A stretch of DNA of 64,000 bases from Rhodothermales bacterium. Lineage in GTDB: Bacteria > Bacteroidota > Rhodothermia > Rhodothermales > Bin80. The DNA is taken from positions 1,280,865 to 1,344,864 of the forward strand of contig OZ242367.1 of the NCBI GenBank assembly GCA_965209015.1. Direction: 5' to 3'. This document shows, piece after piece, positions 9,347 to 18,458 of this stretch; within the stretch, counting starts at the first letter, position 1; every line of letters begins with the position of its first letter. The notes beneath the pieces are model-generated. The model worked only from the letters and a program-made list of their open reading frames with translations, did no database searches and was not told the DNA's origin. The translations under genes were made by a program, and so were the position numbers.

Positions 9347-9358
9347 TTGATTAATCAA
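9347..9358. repeat. perfect 12-bp palindrome TTGATTAATCAA just upstream of sigma paralog 2
   Basis: Self-complementary by inspection. Lies 9-20 nt upstream of the TTG start at 9338. Confidence 0.5.
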
Positions 9359-9992
9359 AAAAATCATTTTGGTGAGGGGTTACCAAGAGGTCTACCGACC
9401 AGCTACGAACCGGAAGGCTACTAAACTGCACATCATTGCCATTGGCACCACACACTTGGAAAGATACCGAATTGCTACACAATTTAGGCAATCTGAAGTA
9501 GCACGAAAGTATAATATTCATATGATTATTGATTTTGCAGGAAAATCCACACATGGAAGTGGGCATGTTGGCAGATTCATTCGTTCGCTGACAGAGATCA
9601 GCATGTCGAAAGAGATTCATGTTTGACCATAAGAAAATGAAGATATCAAATATTTTCTTGGACTGGTCCTTAGGAAAGATATCCCGATAAGACGATGCAC
9701 AAGCATCTTCCAGGGTATTGACTCGGGGACAGGTCTCGGATTTGTAGAACAGTCTTACAAATCGTAGGAGATGGTTCAGAATTGTGGCGGTCGCACGATC
9801 GCTTGCCTGTATGACTTTCATGATTGATCTTTTTGCAATCTATCTTCTTTGGGCTTACATAATGTCTTATGGTTGCCTAAGCAGACAAATTCATTCCGAA
9901 CCGATTTGCCATTGCACTGTACCAATATTAATAGAGTATTAGAAACATTCTGTTCTAAAATTTTCGCTTACGATCAAACGATTCTTTTTATC

Positions 9993-11158
9993 ATGAGAAT
10001 TTTATTTGTCAGCCTTTCCGTCTTGTGTTTTCTAACTTTGAATGCTTGTGACAGCACAAGTAATGATCAGGCTTCAGAAATCACGATTGGTCTTGCAGCT
10101 CCCTTGACGGGTACGTTAGCTCGTACTGGACGGGATATGGGCGCTGCGGCAGAAATGGCTGTCTTTCTCACAAATGAAGAGATTCCCGAGGGCCTTCCAT
10201 CTTTCCGACTCTTGATTGAAGATCTAAAAGTACCCCTGAGGGTACTGAGGAAGCGTTCCGCAGTCTTATCTCAAATGAAGTTGCATTTATCTTGGGGCCC
10301 TACACCTCCACGAATACAAATCATATTATTCCAATCATTGATGAAGCTCGTGTCGTCACTATTGCTCCTGCCTCTGCCGCACAGGGGTTATCTGCCAAGT
10401 CTGATTGGCTATTCCGATCTTCGCTCACTGTGGATATTCTAATGCCGGAAGGGGTAAGCACAGTCCACGAATACCTTGACTTCAAGAATGTGGGGATCCT
10501 GACCAATGCAGCCGATCGGTTTTCTCAAAGTGCTGAGGATGTACTTATTGAAGAGATTGGTAAACTTAGCGGCGTGTCCATCGGGGCGAAGCAGTCATTT
10601 GACCGACCAGGTGGTGATTCCTCATTTGATCTAACCCCCCAGATTACTGCACTCGCCAATGCAACTCCGCAGCTAGATGTACTTTTCTTTTTCGGACTTG
10701 CCCCTGACCGTCATAATTTTATTCTGAAAGCCCACGAATTGGGGGTTACGGATCTTCCATTCGTGATCACACTGCTGAGCACCTCTGATATTCGTCTGGC
10801 CCGCGAATCGGCACCATCTTCAACCGAAGGGATTCTTGTACTTCATGTGTGGATCGCAGGTAGTAGTCACCTTACGAGCCAGGCATACATAAGAGCACAT
10901 CAGACACTTACTGATGAAATTCCGAATGATGTTCATGCACGGATGTACGCTGCAACGAACCTTCTTTTGAGAGCAGTTCTTGAAGTTAACCCTGGAAACA
11001 TTTCTAATGAAGCCGTTCGGGAAAGACTATCTCAAATGCGTAATGTGGACACGATCTACGGTCCATTTTCTTTTGACGACAATGGGGATGCTGAATTCAC
11101 CCCATTAGTTGGAATTGTGCGCGGGAGTACTATTGAATCGTTGGAAACAAACAATTGA
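9993..11158 (+). pseudogene. LivK-type (Peripla_BP_6) ABC substrate-binding lipoprotein, disrupted by a 1-nt frameshift near 10217-10230
   Basis: Frame A reads MRILFVSLSVLCFLTLNAC...ITIGLAAPLTGTLARTGRDMGAAAEMAV...LLIEDLK. The family-typical sequence then continues only in the next frame: KSTPEGTEEAFRSLISNEVAFILGPYTSTNTNHIIPIIDEARVVTIAPASA... The shift sits at a CTAAAAG run. Confidence 0.8.
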
Positions 11159-11405
11159 CATGTTTCCTAGCCCGTGATCAAGATGTTGGCCGAATCAAGC
11201 AAGCTCCAATCCTCCGGTGAACTCAAAACAGCTACTACGTCTTTTCAGAGAGGTTTAAGGGCTATTTTGAAGTAAATCTAAAGTAATGTAAAAAAATCCA
11301 GAAAAAAACTGCAAAACAGACACAAGTCACGGGAAAATGAGGTGGGGCAAAAACCCAAGCCAGGACAAAATATCTTTCACCCCAGAGGAGATATGACAGA
11401 CAATG

Positions 11406-11458
11406 TTTTAATCAGAGGATGTGGAAAGCAGACGGTATATCCACGATTCTGATTAAAA
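11406..11458. other. long hairpin-forming inverted repeat in an ORF-free spacer
   Basis: TTTTAATCAGA (11406-11416) pairs perfectly with TCTGATTAAAA (11448-11458). Inner GTGGA/TCCAC stem. 14-nt loop. Confidence 0.5.
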
Positions 11459-11937
11459 GAGTTCTCAAGTCTGTTGAGTGATGTTTCTGGGACGGGTCTC
11501 GCTTCCAAAAGTACGGTGAATCACTGGTGCATCTATGCCAGTTCCGATGACCTGATTGTCTCTCTCAAGACAGGAACAAATCTATCGGTAATCACATGCA
11601 ATACAGTAACCACAGCAAAACATTCCAGCAGTCTTAGACACTCCGGCGTGGCCGTTAAGAAAAGTTCTTTGCTCATGGCAGCCAGTTGTGGTTTCATGCT
11701 TCACAGTGCCACTCCACCCCCAACGCGATTATCGTATACGTGAATAAGCACGTAAGTATACCGAATCCAACTACCAACTACCCAAGTTAAATGGCTTTCT
11801 CCTTCACCACTAATGTCTTAAGTATTAGACTCTTCGTTAAGTGATTCGTCTTCAAATAATTTCACCTGATCCTTGAACCCGCCAAAGCTACTCAAGAAGC
11901 TCCACTATGATACTGATGTCATATAGTCCCATTTCTT

Positions 11938-12228
11938 ATGGATGATCAAGTTTCCCGGTATCCGATGGATGGAATCATAGATCTACATACCTTTCATCCC
12001 CGTGACGCTGCTGATGTAACGCATGAGTATTTATTGGCATGTCAAAAGAAAGGGATCTATCGTGTGCGAATCATTCACGGTAAAGGCAAGGGTTCTCTTC
12101 GGGCAACCGTCCACGCTCTTTTGAAAAAATCTGCAATCGTTGAGTCATGGAAACTTGCAGCTGACTCGAGTAGCTGGGGCGCCACGATCGCTATTCTCAA
12201 GCCGCAGATTGACTCAGGACACGTTTAA
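11938..12228 (+). CDS. Smr domain protein
   Basis: IDLHTFHPRDA...RVRIIHGKGKGSLRATV matches the Smr (MutS2 C-terminal-like) LDLHG...HGKG signature. Confidence 0.8.
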   Translation: MDDQVSRYPMDGIIDLHTFHPRDAADVTHEYLLACQKKGIYRVRIIHGKGKGSLRATVHALLKKSAIVESWKLAADSSSWGATIAILKPQIDSGHV

Positions 12229-13144
12229 GGGCTTCAAAATTACTACGGATGTGGTTAGCAGAAATATCCAGAAGAGCCTGTTCAGACTCGTTCAGGTCAA
12301 CCGTGATGATTTCTTCAATTCCATCCCGACCTATACGAACGGGTAACCCGATAAATAAATCAGTCAGCCCATATTCGCCAGAGGGGCAGGTAGCACAGGG
12401 GAGGACTCTACCAGAATCCTTGACGATTGCTTCCACCATCTCCGCCGCCGCCGCACCTGGTGCATACCAAGCCGAAGTTCCCATGAGTTGGACGATCTCA
12501 CCTCCACCTCCTTTTGTACGTTCGACAATGGCATCAATCTGTTCTTCGGGAAGAAGTTCTGTGAGTGGAATGCCACCCACGCTGGTATAGCGGGGGAGTG
12601 GAACCATTGTATCGCCATGTCCACCCATCAGAAGTGCCTGAATATCTTTTACGGACACATGAAGTTCTTTCGAGATGAATGCCCTATATCGTGCAGTATC
12701 CAGTACACCCGCCATACCAAACACCCGGCTGGAGGAAAAACCACTGGCTTGGTGAGCGACGTAGGTCATCACATCGAGTGGATTGGAAATCACAATGATG
12801 ATAGCATTAGGACTCCTCGCTACAAACGACTCTGTGACCGTCTGAACAATATTTGCATTAATGCTCAGCAGATCATCTCGGCTCATCCCGGGCCTTCGAG
12901 GTACACCACTGGTGATTACACAAACGTCTGAATCGGATGTCGCATCATAATCGTCCGTTACTCCTTTGACATCAGTATCAAATAAATGAATAGGGGCAGA
13001 TTGAGCAATATCAAGAGATTTTCCTTCAGACAGGCCTTCCTTGATATCAATCAGTATGACCTCTTTGACCATATCTTTACGAGCAATACATTCTGCAACC
13101 GTGGCGCCGACATTTCCTGCACCGATGACTGTGACCTTATTCAT
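12197..13144 (-). CDS. mdh: malate dehydrogenase (LDH-like MDH)
   Basis: MNKVTVIGAGNVGAT Rossmann start. VVITSGVPRRPGMSRDDL. GGHGDTMVPL. The ORF track extends to 13186, but the ATG at 13144 gives the canonical N-terminus. Confidence 0.92.
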   Translation of the reverse strand: MNKVTVIGAGNVGATVAECIARKDMVKEVILIDIKEGLSEGKSLDIAQSAPIHLFDTDVKGVTDDYDATSDSDVCVITSGVPRRPGMSRDDLLSINANIVQTVTESFVARSPNAIIIVISNPLDVMTYVAHQASGFSSSRVFGMAGVLDTARYRAFISKELHVSVKDIQALLMGGHGDTMVPLPRYTSVGGIPLTELLPEEQIDAIVERTKGGGGEIVQLMGTSAWYAPGAAAAEMVEAIVKDSGRVLPCATCPSGEYGLTDLFIGLPVRIGRDGIEEIITVDLNESEQALLDISANHIRSNFEALKRVLSQSAA

Positions 13145-13215
13145 AGCAATTGTCTGTTTACGGGGATGATTGATACGCATACGCAATCAAATTTATTCAA
13201 GAAGTAGAGACGAAA

Positions 13216-14835
13216 ATGAAGATAAAAGATGCGAAATTTGTAATCGTAGATGTTGAAACTACAGGTATGCAGGCGCAGCAGGATCGGATCATTGAGATTG
13301 GAGCCGTACGGATGCAGGCAGAAGTTGTTGAGGCCACATTTGCCACTCTAGTGGATCCAGATTGCAGAATTCCGAGACAGATTACCAGAATCACAGGAAT
13401 CAAGCCATCAGATGTGATTGGTGCACCCCAAGCCTTTCAGGTTCTGCCTGATTTTGTAGAATTTATGGAAGATGCCATTTTTGTAGCTCATAATTGCTCC
13501 TTTGATTCAAAGTTCATTGCGGCGGAACTGAATCGAGCAAGACTCCCTGCACTACCCAATAAGAGACTTTGTACAGTGCGATTGGCCCGCCGACTCCTTC
13601 CTGGACTTCCCTCGAGGAGTTTGGGGAGTTTAATTAAATTTTTTGAACTTGACCCGAGTGACCGCCATCGTGCGCTCAGTGACGCAATTGCAACGCAACA
13701 GGTACTTACCCGGCTTCTCAAAAAATTGGAAATCCAATATGAAATAACCGACTTGGAAGACCTACTACACTTTCAGAATAGACGCTATAAGAGGACTACA
13801 GCGAATCAGATGCGTCAGGCTCGTGTTCTGGAATGCCTCAAAGACGAATTACCAGCCTCTCCTGGTATCTATCAGATGAAGAGTAGAGAGGGTAAATTAC
13901 TTTATATCGGCAAAGCCAAGGTACTCAGCGAAAGAGTTCGCAGTTATTTTTCTGGTACCGAAGGTCATGCATCCCATATTCGTGAAATGGTTCGGAAAGT
14001 TCATGATGTTAAGTGGAAGACAACCAGCACCGAAGTGGAGGCTATCTTATTAGAGTCGCAACTCATCAAAGAGTATACCCCACCATTCAATAAAGTTGGA
14101 CGAGCCTATCACCACCGATCATTCCTTCGTCTGGGAAGCATTGCGAATGCCGGTTGGGTCACGCTTATTAAGCACATTCGTGCTGATGGGGCACGACATT
14201 ATGGACCATTCGCAAGCCGTAACGAAGCCATTCTCTTAGCTCAGGCAATCGTGGCCCTTTATGGTGACTCTCCTGATTCATTCCGCACTCCTGAGCGGGT
14301 AGGAGTTGGATTGGAGACAGCTCAAATTGGTGGCCCTCTGACCAATGAGGGATTTTCACAGGCCATTGCATTCTTAGAGGGAAGAGATCCCAATGTGCTT
14401 AAAGCATTGGCTCATCAGATACAAGAGGCATCCATGGCGCAGGAGTATGAGTTAGCTGCTCAGAGACATAAATGGTTAAAGGTTATGGAGTTAATTTATG
14501 CTCGCCCGTCCTTTATGCGGACTGCATTGTTGGACAGGACCGGGGCAGTCCTGTACACAATGGAGGATAAAACAGAGATACACTTCATGGCGTACGGTTG
14601 CCCAGTTGCGCATGTGGTATGGCCCTGCGATGATGACCTATTTCATTCGTCAAAGGCGGAATTTCATGCTCGAGCGAAGCATTCACCAGAACGTTTGAGT
14701 GTGCAACAAGTAGATGCAATCAGTCTGCTCGGAATGTGGATGTTCAAGGAACTCAAATACATATCTGTGTTACCGATGAGACCAGATGATCTCCCATCCG
14801 AATTTGATGCTACATTGGAAGCTTTACTTCCTTAA
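13216..14835 (+). CDS. DnaQ-like 3'-5' exonuclease fused to a UvrC/Cho-type GIY-YIG nuclease domain
   Basis: Exo motifs VIVDVETTG, FVAHNCSFDSKFI, HRALSDAIAT. GIY-YIG block PGIYQMKSREGKLLYIGKAKVLSERVRSYF ... EAILLESQLIKEYTPPFN. Confidence 0.85.
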   Translation: MKIKDAKFVIVDVETTGMQAQQDRIIEIGAVRMQAEVVEATFATLVDPDCRIPRQITRITGIKPSDVIGAPQAFQVLPDFVEFMEDAIFVAHNCSFDSKFIAAELNRARLPALPNKRLCTVRLARRLLPGLPSRSLGSLIKFFELDPSDRHRALSDAIATQQVLTRLLKKLEIQYEITDLEDLLHFQNRRYKRTTANQMRQARVLECLKDELPASPGIYQMKSREGKLLYIGKAKVLSERVRSYFSGTEGHASHIREMVRKVHDVKWKTTSTEVEAILLESQLIKEYTPPFNKVGRAYHHRSFLRLGSIANAGWVTLIKHIRADGARHYGPFASRNEAILLAQAIVALYGDSPDSFRTPERVGVGLETAQIGGPLTNEGFSQAIAFLEGRDPNVLKALAHQIQEASMAQEYELAAQRHKWLKVMELIYARPSFMRTALLDRTGAVLYTMEDKTEIHFMAYGCPVAHVVWPCDDDLFHSSKAEFHARAKHSPERLSVQQVDAISLLGMWMFKELKYISVLPMRPDDLPSEFDATLEALLP

Positions 14836-15624
14836 ATCTATTTCGCATGAGGTATCTATCCTGATTGAACATGGATCCATATAAGCATCGGATCCTACAC
14901 TATGCCAGCGGTGGAACAAATGCATGCAAGAACCAGAGTCGTGCTCAATAGAGGTCAAATGCAATTCTGCCAGCGGGGAAAGCGTTTCGGACTATTATTG
15001 TATAAGCATCGAATAAGTAGTTTTCAAGGGGAATGAGATTCAATGTATAATCAGAGACTCTTCTGTGTTGCCCGCCAGGAAAACCTGTTTTCGTATTGAT
15101 ATCATACCCTGAAGTAAGGAGAGAGTATGGTGAGCATGAGAGAAAACAATTCGTTCAACGTTATTGTTATGGATGGAGATACCGCATAGAGAGAAGTGGG
15201 ATGTGCTGTTGACATTCCCTCTGTATATACTTGGATGCTGAAAGAGTATTTACCTGAGCAGGAAATATATGTATTCTTAACCTATCTGGAATGACTGGGA
15301 ATAGCCTAAGCGATTTGACACAGACAGGTCAGATTTGGGACAATCATGAATCTAGAGGCGAAATTCTGAGTACTGGCACTCATTCTTCCTCCTTGGGAAT
15401 AGAACGTCGGTTGGTTATCGTTGAAGCGATATGCATTATTTTACTCCGCAGGCTCTCGCCTATGTATTCCCATCAAGAGGGTGACTGGGCACTCAGATTT
15501 ATGTTTTAGTATGCAAACTGATCCTAAGCACGGAAAATTATAATTCACTCATTCTTTGGAGTTTTCTTTATTGCTACCTGCGATTAATTGCCTAAATTTG
15601 TCTATTAGGATTTGAGTCTAATGT

Positions 15625-16128
15625 ATGTTTACTGAAATATTTTTTATCGCTACGAGTCTCATTGCTGTATTCGCTTCACTAGCAATGCTCATTTCGCGAA
15701 GTCCAGTGCAGAGTGCATTATGGCTAATTCTGGTCATGCTTTGTGTAGCCGGCTTGTATGTGACACTGAGCGCTGAATTCATTGCAGTCGTTCAGGTTCT
15801 TGTTTATGCAGGCGCGATCATGGTTCTGTTTCTTTTTGTCATCATGCTACTCAATCTTGGAGAGGTCCACAGAGCGGATCGAATGGATGCAAAAAAAGTG
15901 ATTGGAGTAATTTTGTTTACTGCGATCCTTGCTCAATTGGTATATATTACGGCGACGACCTCAGAATCCTTATCCTCTGGAATCACTGTCGCTACGGAAA
16001 CTGGATCGGCCTTGAAAATTGCTGAGGAATTGTTCACCCGCTATTTGCTTCCATTTGAGATGGTTGGAGTTCTCCTTCTGGTTGCAACTGTTGGGGCTGT
16101 AATCCTAGCAAAGCGCACTTTTGAGTAA
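15625..16128 (+). CDS. nuoJ: NADH-quinone oxidoreductase subunit J
   Basis: 167 aa, polytopic. VQVLVYAGAIMVLFLFVIMLL signature. Confidence 0.9.
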   Translation: MFTEIFFIATSLIAVFASLAMLISRSPVQSALWLILVMLCVAGLYVTLSAEFIAVVQVLVYAGAIMVLFLFVIMLLNLGEVHRADRMDAKKVIGVILFTAILAQLVYITATTSESLSSGITVATETGSALKIAEELFTRYLLPFEMVGVLLLVATVGAVILAKRTFE

Positions 16129-16133
16129 TTCAA

Positions 16134-16439
16134 ATGGGAATCCCTCTTACATGGTACTTGACTCTCACTGCGGTACTCTTCTCAATCGGAGTGATGGGAG
16201 TACTTTTCCGAAGCAATCTGATCATCATCTTGATGTCGGTTGAACTTATGCTGAATGCGGTAAATATTACATTGATCGCATTCGCACAATTTATGGGAGA
16301 TGTATCGGGTCAGATTTTAGTATTTTTTGTAATTTCGGTCGCCGCCGCCGAGGCTGCGATTGGTCTTGCAATCGTCATCGCAATCTTCCGTAATAAGCTA
16401 ACTGTGGATGTCAACAATATCAAATTGTTTAGGCACTGA
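16134..16439 (+). CDS. nuoK: NADH-quinone oxidoreductase subunit K
   Basis: 101 aa, 3 TM. MSVELMLNAVN and AAAEAAIGLAI motifs. Confidence 0.92.
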   Translation: MGIPLTWYLTLTAVLFSIGVMGVLFRSNLIIILMSVELMLNAVNITLIAFAQFMGDVSGQILVFFVISVAAAEAAIGLAIVIAIFRNKLTVDVNNIKLFRH

Positions 16440-16447
16440 GCCAATCA

Positions 16448-18442
16448 ATGTCTACTGATCTCTCCGTTCTATTCATTATCCTATTTCCACTGATTGGGGC
16501 AGCATTCCTGGGGCTGGTTCCCTTGTTCATGCCCAGATTGCGCCAATACAAGGGATTGCTGGGTACGATAGGTACGCTGATGGTCGCGATTCCTTTTGGG
16601 CTTGCGGTCATGCTCTTTGCCCAGGAAGTTGATACTCCTTTGATTACCTCCCTCTACACATGGATGGGAGTTGGGGACTTTACGATTGATTTTGCTTATC
16701 GAGTTGATCAGCTTTCTCTGATCATGACTCTGGTAGTCACGGGGGTAGGTGCTCTTATTCACTTGTATGCAACAGGTTATATGGCGGAGGATCGATCTTT
16801 TTGGAAGTTCTTTGCCTACCTGAATCTGTTCATCTTCATGATGCTTAATCTGGTTCTGGCTGATAATTTATTGGTCATGTTTCTAGGTTGGGAGGGAGTT
16901 GGACTCTGCTCCTACTTGTTGATTGGCTTCTGGTATGAAGATCGCAAGAACAGTGCCGCGGCAAGTAAAGCGTTTATTGTGAATAGGGTGGGGGATTTTG
17001 CTTTTCTCCTTGCCATGTTCATTCTGGTTCGGGAAGTCGGCGGGCTTGACTTTGGAAGTATCCTGTCGGGTGCAGAAACCATGTCAGAGGGAGCACTTAC
17101 TGCGGCTGTATTCCTCTTATTTCTCGGAGCTACTGGAAAGAGTGCACAGATCCCCTTGTTTGTCTGGTTGCCGGATGCAATGGCAGGCCCTACACCCGTC
17201 TCTGCTTTGATCCATGCAGCCACTATGGTCACGAGTGGGCTTTACCTGTTAGCTAGACTCTCTCCACTGGTACTGATGGCGCCCGATGTTATGGTGGTAA
17301 TTGCTCTGGTTGGCGCTGCCACGGCAATCATAGCTGCGACCGTTGCCCTGACGCAGCGAGATATAAAAAGGGTCTTGGCTTATTCTACTGTCTCCCAATT
17401 AGGATACATGTTCATGGCAGCGGGAGTGGGAGCATTTTTTGTGGCAATTTTTCATGTAATTACGCATGCTTTCTTTAAGGCTTGCTTGTTTTTGGGTTCT
17501 GGGAGTGTGATCCACGCGATGCATCATGTTGAGCATGATCTGAGAGATAAAGGCTATAATGGCCCCTTTGATGCACAGGATATGCATCACATGGGAGGCC
17601 TGAAAAAATATATGCCGATAACTCGATGGACCTATTTACTTTCAACGTTAGCGATTGCGGGTATTCCATTGACTGCCGGATTTTTCTCCAAAGACGAAAT
17701 CCTATTCAAAGCATTCCAGTACGGATATGACGGATATGGATATGCATGGTTTGTCTGGGGGATTGGAATCATTACTGCGCTCTTGACGGCATTTTATATG
17801 ACGCGCTCGTACATGTTGACCTTTGAGGGCAAGTCCAGGTGGCCGATGCAGGATCAACTACATCCGCACGAATCATCGAGATCCATGACTTTTCCACTGG
17901 TGATTCTCGCTGGGCTCTCAATGGTAGGAGGTGTAATCGGATTCCCCAAAGTTGCCGAAAAGATTGGCTTATCGAACTGGATTCATGACTATCTGGTCGG
18001 GCATGGAGATCATTTAGGCCCCGTTGCAGAGCCAGGGGGGCTTACGTATCTCAGTGTTCCACTTGAACTTGCCTTGATTGGACTTGGCGCAATGATCGCT
18101 GTTATTGGTGTCTTCTGGGCATGGCGATACTTTTCTAAATATGAACTCAGCGGAGATCAATTGATCCGGGATCGGGTTGGCGCTCTTTACCGGTGGTGGC
18201 AGTCAAGTTATTATTGGGATAAACTCTATGATCGTACGATCGTGCGCCCGGTGATTGGGGGGGCACAAAAGGCATTTTCTCCTTTTGATCAACATGTTGT
18301 GGATGGGTTAGTGAATGCGACTGCTCGGGTCTCTATGGCGTTTAGTTGGCTGTTCGCTCGTATACAGACTGGGGTCGTACAGAATTATGCACTTGCTATT
18401 GTATTAGGGTCCGTTTTGATGATTGCTTTTTTTCTGTTCTAA
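16448..18442 (+). CDS. nuoL: NADH-quinone oxidoreductase subunit L
   Basis: 664 aa antiporter-like subunit. GWEGVGLCSYLLIGFW, GKSAQIPLFVWLPDAMAGPTPVSALIHAATMV. Confidence 0.95.
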   Translation: MSTDLSVLFIILFPLIGAAFLGLVPLFMPRLRQYKGLLGTIGTLMVAIPFGLAVMLFAQEVDTPLITSLYTWMGVGDFTIDFAYRVDQLSLIMTLVVTGVGALIHLYATGYMAEDRSFWKFFAYLNLFIFMMLNLVLADNLLVMFLGWEGVGLCSYLLIGFWYEDRKNSAAASKAFIVNRVGDFAFLLAMFILVREVGGLDFGSILSGAETMSEGALTAAVFLLFLGATGKSAQIPLFVWLPDAMAGPTPVSALIHAATMVTSGLYLLARLSPLVLMAPDVMVVIALVGAATAIIAATVALTQRDIKRVLAYSTVSQLGYMFMAAGVGAFFVAIFHVITHAFFKACLFLGSGSVIHAMHHVEHDLRDKGYNGPFDAQDMHHMGGLKKYMPITRWTYLLSTLAIAGIPLTAGFFSKDEILFKAFQYGYDGYGYAWFVWGIGIITALLTAFYMTRSYMLTFEGKSRWPMQDQLHPHESSRSMTFPLVILAGLSMVGGVIGFPKVAEKIGLSNWIHDYLVGHGDHLGPVAEPGGLTYLSVPLELALIGLGAMIAVIGVFWAWRYFSKYELSGDQLIRDRVGALYRWWQSSYYWDKLYDRTIVRPVIGGAQKAFSPFDQHVVDGLVNATARVSMAFSWLFARIQTGVVQNYALAIVLGSVLMIAFFLF

Positions 18443-18458
18443 CTCGTGAACCGCTACG

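Noticed and set aside
9351-9821. 156-aa minus-strand ORF immediately upstream of sigma paralog 2 (Cys-, Phe-, Ser- and Asn-rich).
   Set aside because: It has no recognisable motif and its composition looks random. It is overlapped by an equally long plus-strand ORF (9369..9626). I treat it as part of a ~650-bp divergent intergenic region.
11474-11743. 89-aa plus-strand ORF in the 11.2-11.9 kb spacer.
   Set aside because: It is a Ser/Thr-rich, low-complexity translation with no motif, neighbour or operon logic. It is likely non-coding.
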